Positions 28,871 through 39,574 are shown, numbered from the stretch's first letter. The stretch is 64,000 bases of DNA from Thermoanaerobaculia bacterium (GCA_963666565.1 OY762911.1:2880001-2944000), one strand, 5' to 3'. Numbers and translations are program-made. Notes: generated from the letters alone by a model not told the origin.

Positions 28871-30319
28871 TCAGCCTTGGCCGCCGGCGGTCGGGGTCAG
28901 GTCGGACGGCAGCGCCCGGCGGCGGCCGGGCGCGACGGCGATCGTCTCCAGGAGGTCCAGCATGGTGCGCCAGCCGCGCTCCACGTTCTGCACCGAGATC
29001 CGTTCGTTGTTGCCGTGGACGCCGCCCTGGTCGGCGCCGGGGATCACGGCGGGCGAGAAGCCGTAGGCGACGATCCCGAGGTCGCGGAAGAAGTGGCTGT
29101 CGGTGAAGCCGGCGGTCACCGCGGGCATCACGGTGGAACCGGGAAAGCGCCGCGCCGTGACGGCCTCGATGGCGCGGTAGAGGTCGGTGTCCGTCGAGGA
29201 TACGGCCGACGTGAACGACATCAGGACCTCGACCGAGATGGACGGCTGGTTCAGGCGCTTCCTCAGGTCGCGGATGAAGAGCCGCGGGCTCTGATCGGGC
29301 AGCAGTCGGCAGTCCAGTTCGGCGCTGGCGGCGGGCGCCACGACGTTGATCTTGCTCGACGCGTTGAGCCGGGTGACCGCGCAGGTGTTCCTGGTGAGCG
29401 CGTGCAGCGACGGATTCGTCCGGTGCAGCGCCGCGAGCCGTTGCGGCGACGCGATCAGGCGCTTGGCATCGGCCAGGTGGGCCGCCGCCGCTTCGAGATC
29501 GGCCAGACGCCGGAAGTAGTCGGCCACGGCCGGCACGATGCGGGGTTCGAACGGATCGAGCCGCAGGCGTTCGAGTGCCTCGACCAGGTCCGTCACGGCG
29601 CTCCGGGGCGAGGGGCTGGAGCCGTGGCCGGCAGGTCCGACCGCGTTCAGGCGGAGCCACATCGGCACCTTCTGGGTCACCTCGACGCTGAACACGACGC
29701 GGTTGCCGAGCACCCGGCCGCTGCCGCCCTCGTTCAGCAGCAGGCCGACGTTCTCGATCAGGTCCGGCCGGTTGCGGACGAGCCAGCCGGCGCCGAGCCG
29801 CCCGCCGGCTTCTTCGTCCGCCGTGGCCAGGAAGATGACGTCGCGGTCCAGCGGCTGGCCGGAGCGGGCGAGGGCGAGGAACGCCTCCAGGTGCATGATG
29901 CCCAGGCCCTTCGTGTCGAGCGCCCCACGGCCGTTGAGGTAGCCGTTCTCGTAGGTCCCGGAGAGCGGATCGTGCTTCCAGAAGCGCGGGTCGGCGGGCA
30001 CCACGTCGATGTGGTGGATGAGGACGATGCCCGGCGCCGGTCCGCCTTCGAGCCGCGCCCAGATGCTGCCGCGGCCGGGCGCCGGCTCCACGGTTTCGTA
30101 GGCGATGCCTTCGCGTTCGAAGATGTCGGCGAAGAAGGCGACCGCCTCGCTCTCGTTGCCGGGCGGGTTCGTCGTGTCGATGCGGATGTACTGCTGGAGG
30201 CGCTGCGAGGCCAGCGGCAGCCGCTGGTCGGCGGCGGTGTCCTTCGACTGGGCCGCGGCTTGGGGCGCCAGGGTGAGGAGCGCGGCCAGGGCGGGAACGA
30301 GCGTGGCGGCGGTTCGCAT
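28871..30319 (-). CDS. M20/M25/M40 family metallopeptidase/amidohydrolase, exported
   Basis: IDTTNPPGNE, HHIDVVP, GRGALDTKG, DEEAGG, GFTDS, HGNNERI; signal peptide from MRTAATL. Confidence 0.9.
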   Translation of the reverse strand: MRTAATLVPALAALLTLAPQAAAQSKDTAADQRLPLASQRLQQYIRIDTTNPPGNESEAVAFFADIFEREGIAYETVEPAPGRGSIWARLEGGPAPGIVLIHHIDVVPADPRFWKHDPLSGTYENGYLNGRGALDTKGLGIMHLEAFLALARSGQPLDRDVIFLATADEEAGGRLGAGWLVRNRPDLIENVGLLLNEGGSGRVLGNRVVFSVEVTQKVPMWLRLNAVGPAGHGSSPSPRSAVTDLVEALERLRLDPFEPRIVPAVADYFRRLADLEAAAAHLADAKRLIASPQRLAALHRTNPSLHALTRNTCAVTRLNASSKINVVAPAASAELDCRLLPDQSPRLFIRDLRKRLNQPSISVEVLMSFTSAVSSTDTDLYRAIEAVTARRFPGSTVMPAVTAGFTDSHFFRDLGIVAYGFSPAVIPGADQGGVHGNNERISVQNVERGWRTMLDLLETIAVAPGRRRALPSDLTPTAGGQG

Positions 30320-30456
30320 CGGGTTGGTCGTTGAAGCGTCCGAACGGTCGGTCGGTGAACGGCGAGCATATGGCAAGTGGGGTCAACCGCTAGCGGCGGC
30401 TATGATCGCTCGGCTGCGTAAGGGATCCCAGGACGGAAGGATCGAAGGAGAGGCTC

Positions 30457-32427
30457 TTGACCAGATCACAACGAAGACTCGCGGCGTCGGTGCTGATGTC
30501 GCCGCTGCTTGCCCTCGTTTCGGCCACGGCCTGGGCGCAGCATGGCGTCGGCGCGGGCGACTGGCCGTCCTACGGCGGCGACTACGGCAGCACGAAGTAC
30601 ACCGCGCTCGACCAGATCGACCGGGACAACGTCGCCGACCTCGAGGTGGCATGGGGTTGGGACTCCCCCGACAACGCCGAGGCGGCGGAACGGGCCCGCT
30701 TTCTCAGGCCGGGCCCCTACAAGGTGACGCCGCTCATGGTCGACGGCGTGCTCTATGCGGCGACGTCCTTCGGTCAGGTCGCCGCCCTCGATGCCGCGAC
30801 CGGCGAGCAGAAGTGGGTCTTCGACACGGAGGACTGGCGGCGCAGCCGGCCCACGAACCTCGGCTACAACCACCGCGGCGTCGGCTACTGGACGGACGGC
30901 GAGCAGGAGCGGCTCCTCATGCCGACGAACCAGGCGTACCTGTGGGCCATCGACGCCCACACCGGCGAGCCGGTCGGCGACTTCGGCGAGGGCGGCAAGG
31001 TCGACCTGACGGAGGGGCTCGGACGACCGGTGCAGCGGCGCGTTTACTCGGTCATCTCCGCGCCCATGATCGTCGGCGACACGGTGATCGTCGGTTCCTC
31101 GATCTTCGACGGGCCGACGCGCAAGGAGATGCCGCCCGGACACGTCCGCGGCTTCGACGCGCGCACCGGCGAGCAGAAGTGGATCTTCCACACGATCCCC
31201 CAGGGCGACGAGCCGGGCGTCGAGACCTGGGAAGACGAGTCCTGGACCTACACCGGCAACACGAACGTCTGGTCGCTGATGAGCGGCGATCCGGAACTGG
31301 GCTACGTCTACCTGCCGATCGGTACGCCGACGAACGACTGGTACGGCGGCCACCGCCTCGGCGACAATCTGTACGCCGAGAGCATCGTCTGCCTGGACGC
31401 GGCGACCGGCGAAAAGGTCTGGCACTTCCAGTTCGTCCACCACGGGCTCTGGGACTACGACGTGCCGGCGGCGCCGAACCTCGTCGACATCACGGTCGAC
31501 GGCAAACGGATCAAGGCGGTCGCCCAGATCACGAAGCAGGGCTTCATCTACGTCTTCGACCGCGCGACCGGCGAGCCGGTGTGGCCGATCGAGGAGCGGC
31601 CGGTGCCGCAGACGGACGTCCCCGGCGAGCGCACGTCGCCGACCCAGCCGTTCCCGACGAAGCCTCTGCCGTACGAACACCAGGGGTTCGAGAGCGACGA
31701 CATGCTCATCTCGTTCACGCCGGAACTCCACGAGGCGGCCAGGGAGATCCGCGACAAGTGGGTCTACGGGCCCCTGTTCACGCCGCCGTCGCTCCAGGGC
31801 ACCCTGCTGCTGCCCGGCTGGGGAGGCGGCGCGAACTGGTACGGCGCCGCGGTCGATCCCGAGACGTCCACGATCTACATCCCGTCGTTCACGGGGCCGA
31901 TGGTGGTCAAGCTGGTCGAGCCGGACGGCGCGCGCTCGAACTTCCGCTACGTGCGCGGCATGGACGGCATCGAGAGCTTCTTCCTGCCGGGGCCGATGGG
32001 CCTGCCGCTGACCCGGCCGCCGTACGGCCGAATGACGGCGATCGATCTGAACACGGGCGAGCACTCCTGGATGAAGCCGCTGGGCGACGGGCCGCGGCGG
32101 CAGGTAGAGGACATGACAGGCGAGGATCCGGGCCCCCTCGGCGGTCCGCCCGCGGCCGGTCCGCTGCTGACGAAGACGCTGCTGTTCCAGGCCCAGGGCG
32201 GCGCGCCGGGGCTGACCGGCGGCGACGGCGGCGGCCCATCCGTCCTGCGGGCGCACGACAAGGGCACGGGCGAAGTGGTTCACGAGATCGAGCTGGACGG
32301 AGCGCCGAGCGGGACGCCGATGTCCTACGAGATCGGCGGCCGGCAGTACATCGCGCTGGCGGTCAGCGGCGCGGAGGAGGGTGAAGCGGGGATCGTCGCC
32401 CTCGCCCTGCCGGAGGCCGGCCCGTGA
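30457..32427 (+). CDS. PQQ-dependent quinoprotein (glucose dehydrogenase-like)
   Basis: DWPSYGG, LDQIDRDNV, repeated ALDAATGE..W beta-propeller motifs, HHGLWDYD, GGANW, PMSY..GRQYI. Confidence 0.9.
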   Translation: MTRSQRRLAASVLMSPLLALVSATAWAQHGVGAGDWPSYGGDYGSTKYTALDQIDRDNVADLEVAWGWDSPDNAEAAERARFLRPGPYKVTPLMVDGVLYAATSFGQVAALDAATGEQKWVFDTEDWRRSRPTNLGYNHRGVGYWTDGEQERLLMPTNQAYLWAIDAHTGEPVGDFGEGGKVDLTEGLGRPVQRRVYSVISAPMIVGDTVIVGSSIFDGPTRKEMPPGHVRGFDARTGEQKWIFHTIPQGDEPGVETWEDESWTYTGNTNVWSLMSGDPELGYVYLPIGTPTNDWYGGHRLGDNLYAESIVCLDAATGEKVWHFQFVHHGLWDYDVPAAPNLVDITVDGKRIKAVAQITKQGFIYVFDRATGEPVWPIEERPVPQTDVPGERTSPTQPFPTKPLPYEHQGFESDDMLISFTPELHEAAREIRDKWVYGPLFTPPSLQGTLLLPGWGGGANWYGAAVDPETSTIYIPSFTGPMVVKLVEPDGARSNFRYVRGMDGIESFFLPGPMGLPLTRPPYGRMTAIDLNTGEHSWMKPLGDGPRRQVEDMTGEDPGPLGGPPAAGPLLTKTLLFQAQGGAPGLTGGDGGGPSVLRAHDKGTGEVVHEIELDGAPSGTPMSYEIGGRQYIALAVSGAEEGEAGIVALALPEAGP

Positions 32428-33284
32428 AGCTGATGTCTCTGCTGCGCGACGGCCGGTCCGCGATCGGCGTGCTGGCCGGCGACGAGACGGCGGTCGACCT
32501 GAGCGTCGCCGCGCCGGACCTGCCGCGCGGCATGTGCCGGTTCCTGGCTGCCGGCCAGGAGGCGATGGAGGCGGCCCGCGCCGCCGTCGACTCCGGCGCC
32601 GGCCGCGTGCCGCTCGCCGATCAGACGTTGCTGGCGCCGGTGCCGCGGCCGCGCAAGTTCTTCGCCATCGGCCTGAACTACGCCGACCACGCGGCCGAGA
32701 CCGGGCAGGAGCTCCCGAAGTTCCCGACCGTGTTCAACAAGCAGGTCACGTGCGTCAACCGGCCGGGCGGCGACATCCACGTCCCGCGGGCGTCCTCGGC
32801 CGTCGACTACGAGGGTGAGTTCGCCTTCGTCGTCGGCCGCAGGTGCCGGGGCGTCGTCGCCGAGGACGCGGCGGCCGCCATCGCCGGCTACACGATCGTC
32901 AACGACGTCTCGGTCCGCGACTGGCAGCGGCGCTCGCCGACGATGATCCTCGGCAAGGGCTGGGACACCCACGGTCCGATGGGGCCGTATCTCGTCACCG
33001 CCGACGAGATCGCGGATCCGGACGCGCTCGGCATCCGCACCTGGGTCAACGGCGAGTTGCGGCAGGACTCGAACACGCGGGAACTCGTCTTCGACTGCCG
33101 GAAGCTGGTCGAGACGATCTCGACCATGTGTACGCTCGAACCGGGCGACGTCGTCAGCACCGGCACGCCGGCCGGAGTGGGCGCCGCCTACGATCCGCCG
33201 AAGTTCCTGGTCCCCGGGGACACGGTGCGGATCGAAATCGACGGACTGGGAACGCTCGAGAACCCGGTCGTCGCCGAGCCGTAG
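32424..33284 (+). CDS. Fumarylacetoacetate hydrolase family protein
   Basis: IGLNYADH, DYEGE, NDVSVRD, GKGWDT.GP, GDVVSTGTPAGVG. Confidence 0.92.
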   Translation: MKLMSLLRDGRSAIGVLAGDETAVDLSVAAPDLPRGMCRFLAAGQEAMEAARAAVDSGAGRVPLADQTLLAPVPRPRKFFAIGLNYADHAAETGQELPKFPTVFNKQVTCVNRPGGDIHVPRASSAVDYEGEFAFVVGRRCRGVVAEDAAAAIAGYTIVNDVSVRDWQRRSPTMILGKGWDTHGPMGPYLVTADEIADPDALGIRTWVNGELRQDSNTRELVFDCRKLVETISTMCTLEPGDVVSTGTPAGVGAAYDPPKFLVPGDTVRIEIDGLGTLENPVVAEP

Positions 33285-33291
33285 CCGCCCG

Positions 33292-33434
33292 CTGGGTGCG
33301 CGGGTCTTCCGACCCGCATGCCGCCGAAGGCGGCGGGAGCATCGTCGCCGGCCTTTGGCCGGCGGCCTTGTTGTCCGGGCTGCGCCGCTCCGCGGCTTTC
33401 GCCCGATTGCGGGTCAGAAGACCCGCGCACCCGG
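33292..33434. repeat. REPIN-like element: CTGGGTGCGCGGGTCTTCCGACCCGC and its inverted copy around a ~90-bp core
   Basis: Both terminal REP-like hairpins are visible; lies between convergent genes. Confidence 0.88.
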
Positions 33435-33441
33435 CGGGAGG

Positions 33442-36400
33442 TCAGCCGCGGCCGCGGCCGACGGCGATGCGCACTTCCAGGTCGGGCCGCCTGGACCGCA
33501 GTTCGACCTGGATGGACTGGACCTCGGACTCGGTGAGCGGCTCCGCGGTCGAGTATCCGAGCATGTACTGGCTGCGGAGCTCCTCGCCGATGTGGTCGTA
33601 GGCCCAGATCACGGCGTCCATGCTGCCGACGTAGTACACCCGGCCGCCGCTCGCCTTGGAGATCGCCTCCATGTCGAGCTTCCTTGGTCCGCGTCCGAAC
33701 GCATCCTCGCCAAGGATCATGTTGATGACGTAGACCGGCACTCCCGAGTTCTCCGCGGTCTTGAAGGTCCGCCGGTAGCTGGCCTGGCTGCCGAAGTCGT
33801 CGCCGTCGGTCAGCACGACGAGCGCGCGGCGGCCCTGGTCGCGGGCGAGATGGACGAGACCGAACTCGATCGCGTCGTAGAGGGCCGTGTGGCCGTCCGC
33901 CCGCATGTCCTTCAAGCTGCCGATCAGGTCCCGGACCCGGCTCGTCGTGTCCGAGATGAGGCGCGGCCGCGTGTCGAAGTCCACGAGAAACGCCTGGTCG
34001 ATCTTCGTCAGAACGTTGCCCAGGAAGCGCGCGGCCGCCCGGCGCGTGTCGGCCATCAGCGGGGCCATGCTCTGGGAGCTGTCCACCGCCAGTCCCAGGA
34101 CCAGGGGCACGTCCTCGGCGATCGCGAAGCGCTCGATCGGGATCTCCCGGCGGCCCGCCCGCAGCACGAAGTCCTCCCGGGTCAGGGTCTTGATCGGTTT
34201 GCCCTGCTCGTCGTTGACGACGACGTACACCTCGACGAGGTTGACGGTCGTCTCGGCGATGGGGTTCTCGGAGGAGAGGAACTCCACATCCTCGACCATC
34301 GTGCCGTCGTCGAAATGGAAGGCGACGCGGGCGAAGTCGGCGCCGGGCATGGCCGGTCCCGGCAGGACGGTTCGGAACGGGGGCCGGGTCATCGTCGCCG
34401 TCAGCCGGTCGTTGCGGTAGAACTCGACCCGGTCGAGGCGCCTGCCTCCCGCCAGTTCCACCTGGGCCTCGATGGCGTAGCTCTCGCCCGCCCGGGCTTC
34501 GACCGACGCGATGCCGACGTCGGTTCTCGCCTGGCGCTGGTTGATCGTCAGTTCGTCCTCGCTCAGCCACCGGTCCGAACGGTCGTAGGCGACGACCCGA
34601 ACGGTGCGGGGCACGGCCTCCGGTCCCAGGTCGATTCTCGTCTCGAACGGCTTCCTGCGGTCGTCGAACACGAGTTCGTCGTCGAGGTAGAACTCGACCC
34701 GCCGGACGATCGTGCTGGTCGCGATCGTGCCGAAGGACCTCTTGCCGCTCAGGCCGGACCGCTGGCCGCGCGGCGGCAGGAGGCGCACCAGGCTCGCCAC
34801 CGGCGCCGCGTCGCCCAGGTCGGGCGGGGGAGGGTCGGCGGCCCAGCCGGAGCGCCGTGCGGCGGCCTTCGCCGCGGCGAGAATCTCCGCTTCGGTCGGT
34901 TCGCCCGCGCCCGGCGCGAGCAGTTCGGGATCGCCGCGGTCGTCCAGGGGATTCGAGCCGGGCTCCAGGAAGGTCGCCGCCCACCGGTCGTTCCGCAGGT
35001 CCTCGACCATCAGGACGAGTTCGTCGATGGCCGTCGGCAGGTCGAAGAGGGCGCGGAAGCGCCAGGCGCCCCCGTCGAGGTCGCCGCCGGCGCCCGAGCG
35101 ATGGAGCAGGAAGGGCGGCGTGTCCAGGCCCCGGCCGTAGACCGTTGCCCTGAGGGCGGCGCTCGACGGCGGAGGACGGCTGCCGATCGTGGCGAGGCCG
35201 TCGAGCGTGACCAGTTCCGCGGCCGCGCCGTCGGCGGTGGTCTGGATCCCCTGAGGCAGCAGGACGCTGCGAATCGTCAGGTCGCCGCTGGCGCCGACGG
35301 AGGCATCGTCTCCGTCCCGGTTCAACGCCTCGAGAGCCCGGCTCGCGCGCAGGGCGATCAGGTCGGTCGGCGCGGCGACCGTGGCCCAGCGGCGCGCGGC
35401 CGGCTCGACCGGCGGGCCGCCGCCGGCCGCCGCCAGCCGGACGTTCACGGGATGCGCGGCGCCGTCCGGGGCGCCGCTCGAGCGGTAGCGGATGCGCCAC
35501 GAGGTCCGCAGCCGGTCGATGGCCGCCATCAGTTCTTCCCCGTTGGCCAGCACCCGGCCGCCGCTGGCGTGGGCGGCCTGCCGCGACGACTCCGCGCGCC
35601 CTGGAAGGAGATCGTCGACTTCCTCGGCCGCGGGCGCCGCGTGGACGGGATAGACGCGCCAGCCGAGAGCCGCGACCGCCCGGGCCAGGCTGCGCTGCCG
35701 GCGCTGCTCGGCGACGGCGGCGCGCTCGAACGCCGGGGTCGGTTCGCCCAGGAGGCGCTGGGCGAAGCCGTCGGCGGAGAGGTCCGTGCCGTCGCGCACC
35801 AGGAACAGGACCCGCGGCGGACCCCTCGCCCAGTCGTCGTCCTCGAGCGTTTCGAGCAGGTTGGACCGCTGCCCGCGCAGCGTGTCGAGTTCCAGCAGGA
35901 AGCCTTCCAGCAGATCGGCCGTGCGCAGGCCGTCCGCGTCGGGATCGCCCGAGCGGGCGTCGGCGGCGTCTTGCAGGTCGCGGCGCAGTTCCAGCAGCGC
36001 GCCCGCGCCGCCGGACTGGGCGGCGACGGCGGCCAGCGCGGCGCGGACGTCGACGGCATTGGCAGTGGGTTCGAGCATCCTCTCGACGATCAGGTCGGCG
36101 GCGGCGATCTCGACGTCGCCGAGCGCGACGAGGGCCTCGGCTGCGTCGCCGATGGCGGCCGCCGCCGTCTCCACGCCGTCCGGCGTCGAACCCGGCAGGT
36201 CGAAGTAGACGACGATCCGCCAGCGTTCGGCGACCGGCTCGACCGCGGAGATCTCCCGGAGTTCGCCGTTCTCCAGCACCTCCAGCGCAGCGGCGTCGGG
36301 CGACGCCAGGGAGCCGGCGGGAAGCTGCACGACGATCTGGGACTCGCGGCTCAGGACCTGCGCCGCGCCGGTGCCGGCGGTCGTGCCGGCGAGCGTCGCA

Positions 36401-36444
36401 GCCAGGACCGGCGACAGCCAGCGCCGCGAACGCGTGGGAATCAT
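33442..36444 (-). CDS. Exported VWA-domain protein with Ig-like domains
   Basis: Signal peptide, RVEFY..PF Ig-like repeats, VNLVEVYVVV, MIDAS DSSQSM, TALYDAI, VLTDGDD, ELRSQYMLGY. Confidence 0.85.
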   Translation of the reverse strand: MIPTRSRRWLSPVLAATLAGTTAGTGAAQVLSRESQIVVQLPAGSLASPDAAALEVLENGELREISAVEPVAERWRIVVYFDLPGSTPDGVETAAAAIGDAAEALVALGDVEIAAADLIVERMLEPTANAVDVRAALAAVAAQSGGAGALLELRRDLQDAADARSGDPDADGLRTADLLEGFLLELDTLRGQRSNLLETLEDDDWARGPPRVLFLVRDGTDLSADGFAQRLLGEPTPAFERAAVAEQRRQRSLARAVAALGWRVYPVHAAPAAEEVDDLLPGRAESSRQAAHASGGRVLANGEELMAAIDRLRTSWRIRYRSSGAPDGAAHPVNVRLAAAGGGPPVEPAARRWATVAAPTDLIALRASRALEALNRDGDDASVGASGDLTIRSVLLPQGIQTTADGAAAELVTLDGLATIGSRPPPSSAALRATVYGRGLDTPPFLLHRSGAGGDLDGGAWRFRALFDLPTAIDELVLMVEDLRNDRWAATFLEPGSNPLDDRGDPELLAPGAGEPTEAEILAAAKAAARRSGWAADPPPPDLGDAAPVASLVRLLPPRGQRSGLSGKRSFGTIATSTIVRRVEFYLDDELVFDDRRKPFETRIDLGPEAVPRTVRVVAYDRSDRWLSEDELTINQRQARTDVGIASVEARAGESYAIEAQVELAGGRRLDRVEFYRNDRLTATMTRPPFRTVLPGPAMPGADFARVAFHFDDGTMVEDVEFLSSENPIAETTVNLVEVYVVVNDEQGKPIKTLTREDFVLRAGRREIPIERFAIAEDVPLVLGLAVDSSQSMAPLMADTRRAAARFLGNVLTKIDQAFLVDFDTRPRLISDTTSRVRDLIGSLKDMRADGHTALYDAIEFGLVHLARDQGRRALVVLTDGDDFGSQASYRRTFKTAENSGVPVYVINMILGEDAFGRGPRKLDMEAISKASGGRVYYVGSMDAVIWAYDHIGEELRSQYMLGYSTAEPLTESEVQSIQVELRSRRPDLEVRIAVGRGRG

Positions 36445-36452
36445 CTCACCTT

Positions 36453-36572
36453 TACCTTACTTCCTGGCCGCCTTCGGCGGCAGCGTGTCAGAAGACCCGC
36501 GCACCCAGCGGACGTGCAGTTCCCTGCGCGACAGCGCAGCCTGACGGCTGCGAGTACTCCTACCTTACTTCC
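36453..36572. repeat. Half REPIN plus small hairpin, flanked by 12-bp direct repeats TACCTTACTTCC
   Basis: Direct repeats at 36453-36464 and 36561-36572; REP-like sequence at 36483-36508. Confidence 0.75.
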
Positions 36573-39565
36573 CGCCCTTCGATGGTCCGGGCGACGACGT
36601 CGCCGCGCGCCAGCTCGACGCTGACTTCGCGCCAGTTGGGACCGCCCGGCTCTTCCTTCGGGTAATAGGTCAGGAGGTAGTGGCTGCGGAGTTCGCGGCT
36701 GATCGAGTCGAAGATCGGTTCCAGATCCTGGTCGTGGCGCACGTAGTAGACGCGGCCGCCGCCGGCCTTGGCCATCCGTTCGAGCTTGCCGACGAACGTG
36801 CGCGTACTGAAGCTGCGGCCGTCCGTGCGCGCGGCCTCGTCGTTCATCAGCACGAGGTAGACCGGCACCCGGGCGCGCCGCGCCTGCTCCAGGCTCTGCC
36901 GGAAGGCGGCGTCCGAGTCCTCGTCGTCGCCGTCGTAGAAGACGACGAGCGCCTTTCGGCCACGCAGCCCCTCCAACTGGTCGAGCGCCAGCGACAGCGC
37001 GCCCCAGACGGCGGTGCGGCCGCGCGGCCTGAGCGATCCGATGCCGCCGCGCACGGCGTTCAGGTTGTAGGTGGCGGCCCGGACCAGGCGCGGCTCGGTG
37101 CCGAAGCCGACCAGGAAGGCGCGGTCGCGCCGCGGTTCGAGCGATTCGAGGAACTCGGTGGCCGCCCGCTTCACGTCCGGCATGCGGAGGAACAAGCTGC
37201 TGGAGGTGTCGATCGCGAGCCCCAGGGTGAGCGGCAGGTCGAAGGCGATCCGGAACGACTCGAGCTCCTGGGCGCGGTCGTCCTCGAACACGGAGAAGTC
37301 GGCGGCCGTCAGGTCCCTCACCGGCAGACCCGAGCGGTCCGTGGCGACGACGTAGAGCTGGACCAGCTCGACGCCGATGCGGGCGGTCAGGCCGGGCCGG
37401 GAGAGGAACAGCACGTCCTCCGCGATCCGTCCGTCCGTCAACTGGGCCTCGACCCGCAGGTAGGACTCCGGGTCGCCCACCGGCACCAGCACCTCGCGGC
37501 GGAAGGGCGCCTCGGCGGCGGTCGCCGCGAGCCGGTCCTTCACGAAGAAGCGCATCTCCATCAGGCTGCCGCCGCGCGGCAGCTTGACCTCGGCGGCGAC
37601 CTCCACCGGCCCGGCCTGCGGCCCTTCGCTCGGCTCGGTGATGCGGACCCAGAACGCGTGGGGCGGCTGGTTGACGAGCAGTTCGTGGCGGTCGAGCTCC
37701 CGGTCCCCGGCGTCGAAGGCGACGGCCTCCACCCGGCCGAGACGGTCGCCGCGGCCGAGGTCGATCCGCGCCCGGTAGGGCGCCCGGTTGCGCGCCGCGA
37801 CCCGCCGGCCGTTGAAGTAGAAGACGACCCGCTCGACCCGGTCGACGAACGGGTCGAGCACCTCGGCGACGAAGGCCGCGCGGCCGCGCCGGTTCGCCGG
37901 GTCCTCGGGTCGCAGATTGATCGCCTTGGCGCGCTCGCCGCTCCGCGCGTCCGCGGCCTCTTCGACGAGGTCGAGGAAGTCGACGACGGCGTAGCCCCAG
38001 CGCCCGTCGCGGAGGTTCTCGGCCAGGACGATCGCGGAATCCGTGCCGGGCGGAAGCTGGAGAGGCCGCTCGAAGGTCAGGTTCTCCGCGCCGGGCGGGG
38101 CGAACGGGACGCCGTGGCTGGGGACGACGGTACCGTCCTCGCGGTGCAGCCCGGTGCTGACCCGCCAGTCCGAAGCGTCGCCCGGAGGCACTCCGTCCGG
38201 CGGCACGATGGTGCTGGTCAGCCGGCCGACAGTGCGTTGGGGCGACGTCGACTCGATGCGGATCGACGCGACGACCTCGACCCCCGCGCCGTCGCCGCCC
38301 TCGAACTCGCTGTCGAGCTCGCCCTCGAAGGCGCGCCGCAGCCGCACTTCGGCGACGTCGTTCGGCGAGCCCGCTCCGGGGGTGACGGTGGGCGCCGCGA
38401 TCTCCCTGTCGCGAGAGCCGCCGCTCAGATCGAACGGTCCGGCCGCGGCGGCGCGATCCGGCAGATCGAAGCTCGCCTCGAAGCGCTGGGGGAGCCGCTC
38501 GATCCAGTCCGCGATCTCGACCTCGTTCAGAAGCACCTCGCCGCCGGTGGCCTCCGCGGCCGACGCCCAGTCGGACGGCCGCACGAACAGCCCCAGCTCC
38601 TCCTCGACCGTCCGCGAGTCGCCCGACCGGGGCCGGTTGAAGCGCAGCGTGAAGCCCACGGTCACCTCGTTCGAGCGGATCTCCGGCCCGTCGCCGTCCT
38701 CCTCGTCGGCGAAGGCCACGGGCGCCGCGGTCCAGCCGAACGCCGCCGCGGTCCGGCCGACGGCGGCGACGCTCGGCATCGTCGCCGCCTCGACGGCGAG
38801 CGAACCGGCAGTCGGCACGAGTTCGAGGTAGTAGTTCAGCGGATCGGCGACCAGCCCGTCGGCGAGGACGATGAGGTGCCGGCGGTTGGCCGGCGCGTCG
38901 CCCGGGCCGGCCTCCGCGGCCTCGCGCCTCAGGTCCTCCCGGCCCGCCAGGAAGGAAACGAGCTCGTCGATCTGGCGCCGGCGCATCGCCGCCTCGTCGC
39001 GGATCGCATCGGTCGCCAGTTGCTGGAGAACCGCCTCCAACTCCGCCTGCCGAGCGCCGCCGCCCGCCGCCGCCTGCCGTTGAGCGCGCGAAATCTCGAT
39101 CTCCCGCTCGCTCGCGAACAGCCGTCGCCGGTCGACCAGCGCGCTTGCCGCCTCCTCGTCCGTGGCGAGACGGCCCAGCGCCGCCTCCGCGAGGTCCCGG
39201 TCCCGAGTCGGCGGCAGGATCGTCCGCGCCTCCGGATCCGCCACCACGATCTCCAGGCTGCCGGCCTCGAGCAGCGGATCCAGTTGCTCCAGCAGCGCCT
39301 GGGCAAGCTGGAACACCGGCCCCGGCCTGGTCAACGCGAAGTCGACGTAGACCAGCGTCTGCCAGCCGCCATCCGCCCTGGCGACCCGCTCGATCTCGAT
39401 CTCCTCACTGCCGACCCGGAGGTCCAGTTCCCCGCGCAACTCCCGCGCCGACGCACCCTCCGCCTCGAACGTCACCGTCTGCTGGCCCAACGCCGAAGCG
39501 GCCATGCACGCCCACAAGGCGGCCGATCCGGCGCAGGCGCCGCCAAAGCGGCGCCGGCCCGCCAA
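36560..39565 (-). CDS. Exported VWA-domain protein with Ig-like domains (paralogue of the downstream gene)
   Basis: VELVQLYVVA, MIDAS DTSSSL, TAVWGAL, YDGDD, ELRSHYLLTY. Start tentatively TTG 39565, which gives a signal peptide; the longer ORF runs into a repeat element. Confidence 0.8.
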   Translation of the reverse strand: MAGRRRFGGACAGSAALWACMAASALGQQTVTFEAEGASARELRGELDLRVGSEEIEIERVARADGGWQTLVYVDFALTRPGPVFQLAQALLEQLDPLLEAGSLEIVVADPEARTILPPTRDRDLAEAALGRLATDEEAASALVDRRRLFASEREIEISRAQRQAAAGGGARQAELEAVLQQLATDAIRDEAAMRRRQIDELVSFLAGREDLRREAAEAGPGDAPANRRHLIVLADGLVADPLNYYLELVPTAGSLAVEAATMPSVAAVGRTAAAFGWTAAPVAFADEEDGDGPEIRSNEVTVGFTLRFNRPRSGDSRTVEEELGLFVRPSDWASAAEATGGEVLLNEVEIADWIERLPQRFEASFDLPDRAAAAGPFDLSGGSRDREIAAPTVTPGAGSPNDVAEVRLRRAFEGELDSEFEGGDGAGVEVVASIRIESTSPQRTVGRLTSTIVPPDGVPPGDASDWRVSTGLHREDGTVVPSHGVPFAPPGAENLTFERPLQLPPGTDSAIVLAENLRDGRWGYAVVDFLDLVEEAADARSGERAKAINLRPEDPANRRGRAAFVAEVLDPFVDRVERVVFYFNGRRVAARNRAPYRARIDLGRGDRLGRVEAVAFDAGDRELDRHELLVNQPPHAFWVRITEPSEGPQAGPVEVAAEVKLPRGGSLMEMRFFVKDRLAATAAEAPFRREVLVPVGDPESYLRVEAQLTDGRIAEDVLFLSRPGLTARIGVELVQLYVVATDRSGLPVRDLTAADFSVFEDDRAQELESFRIAFDLPLTLGLAIDTSSSLFLRMPDVKRAATEFLESLEPRRDRAFLVGFGTEPRLVRAATYNLNAVRGGIGSLRPRGRTAVWGALSLALDQLEGLRGRKALVVFYDGDDEDSDAAFRQSLEQARRARVPVYLVLMNDEAARTDGRSFSTRTFVGKLERMAKAGGGRVYYVRHDQDLEPIFDSISRELRSHYLLTYYPKEEPGGPNWREVSVELARGDVVARTIEGREVR

Positions 39566-39574
39566 CCGACGCCG

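Noticed and set aside
27006-30386. 1126-aa ORF as one protein
   Set aside because: Only the C-terminal part (from 28688) is the esterase; the rest is an off-frame read through the M20 gene and a REPIN.
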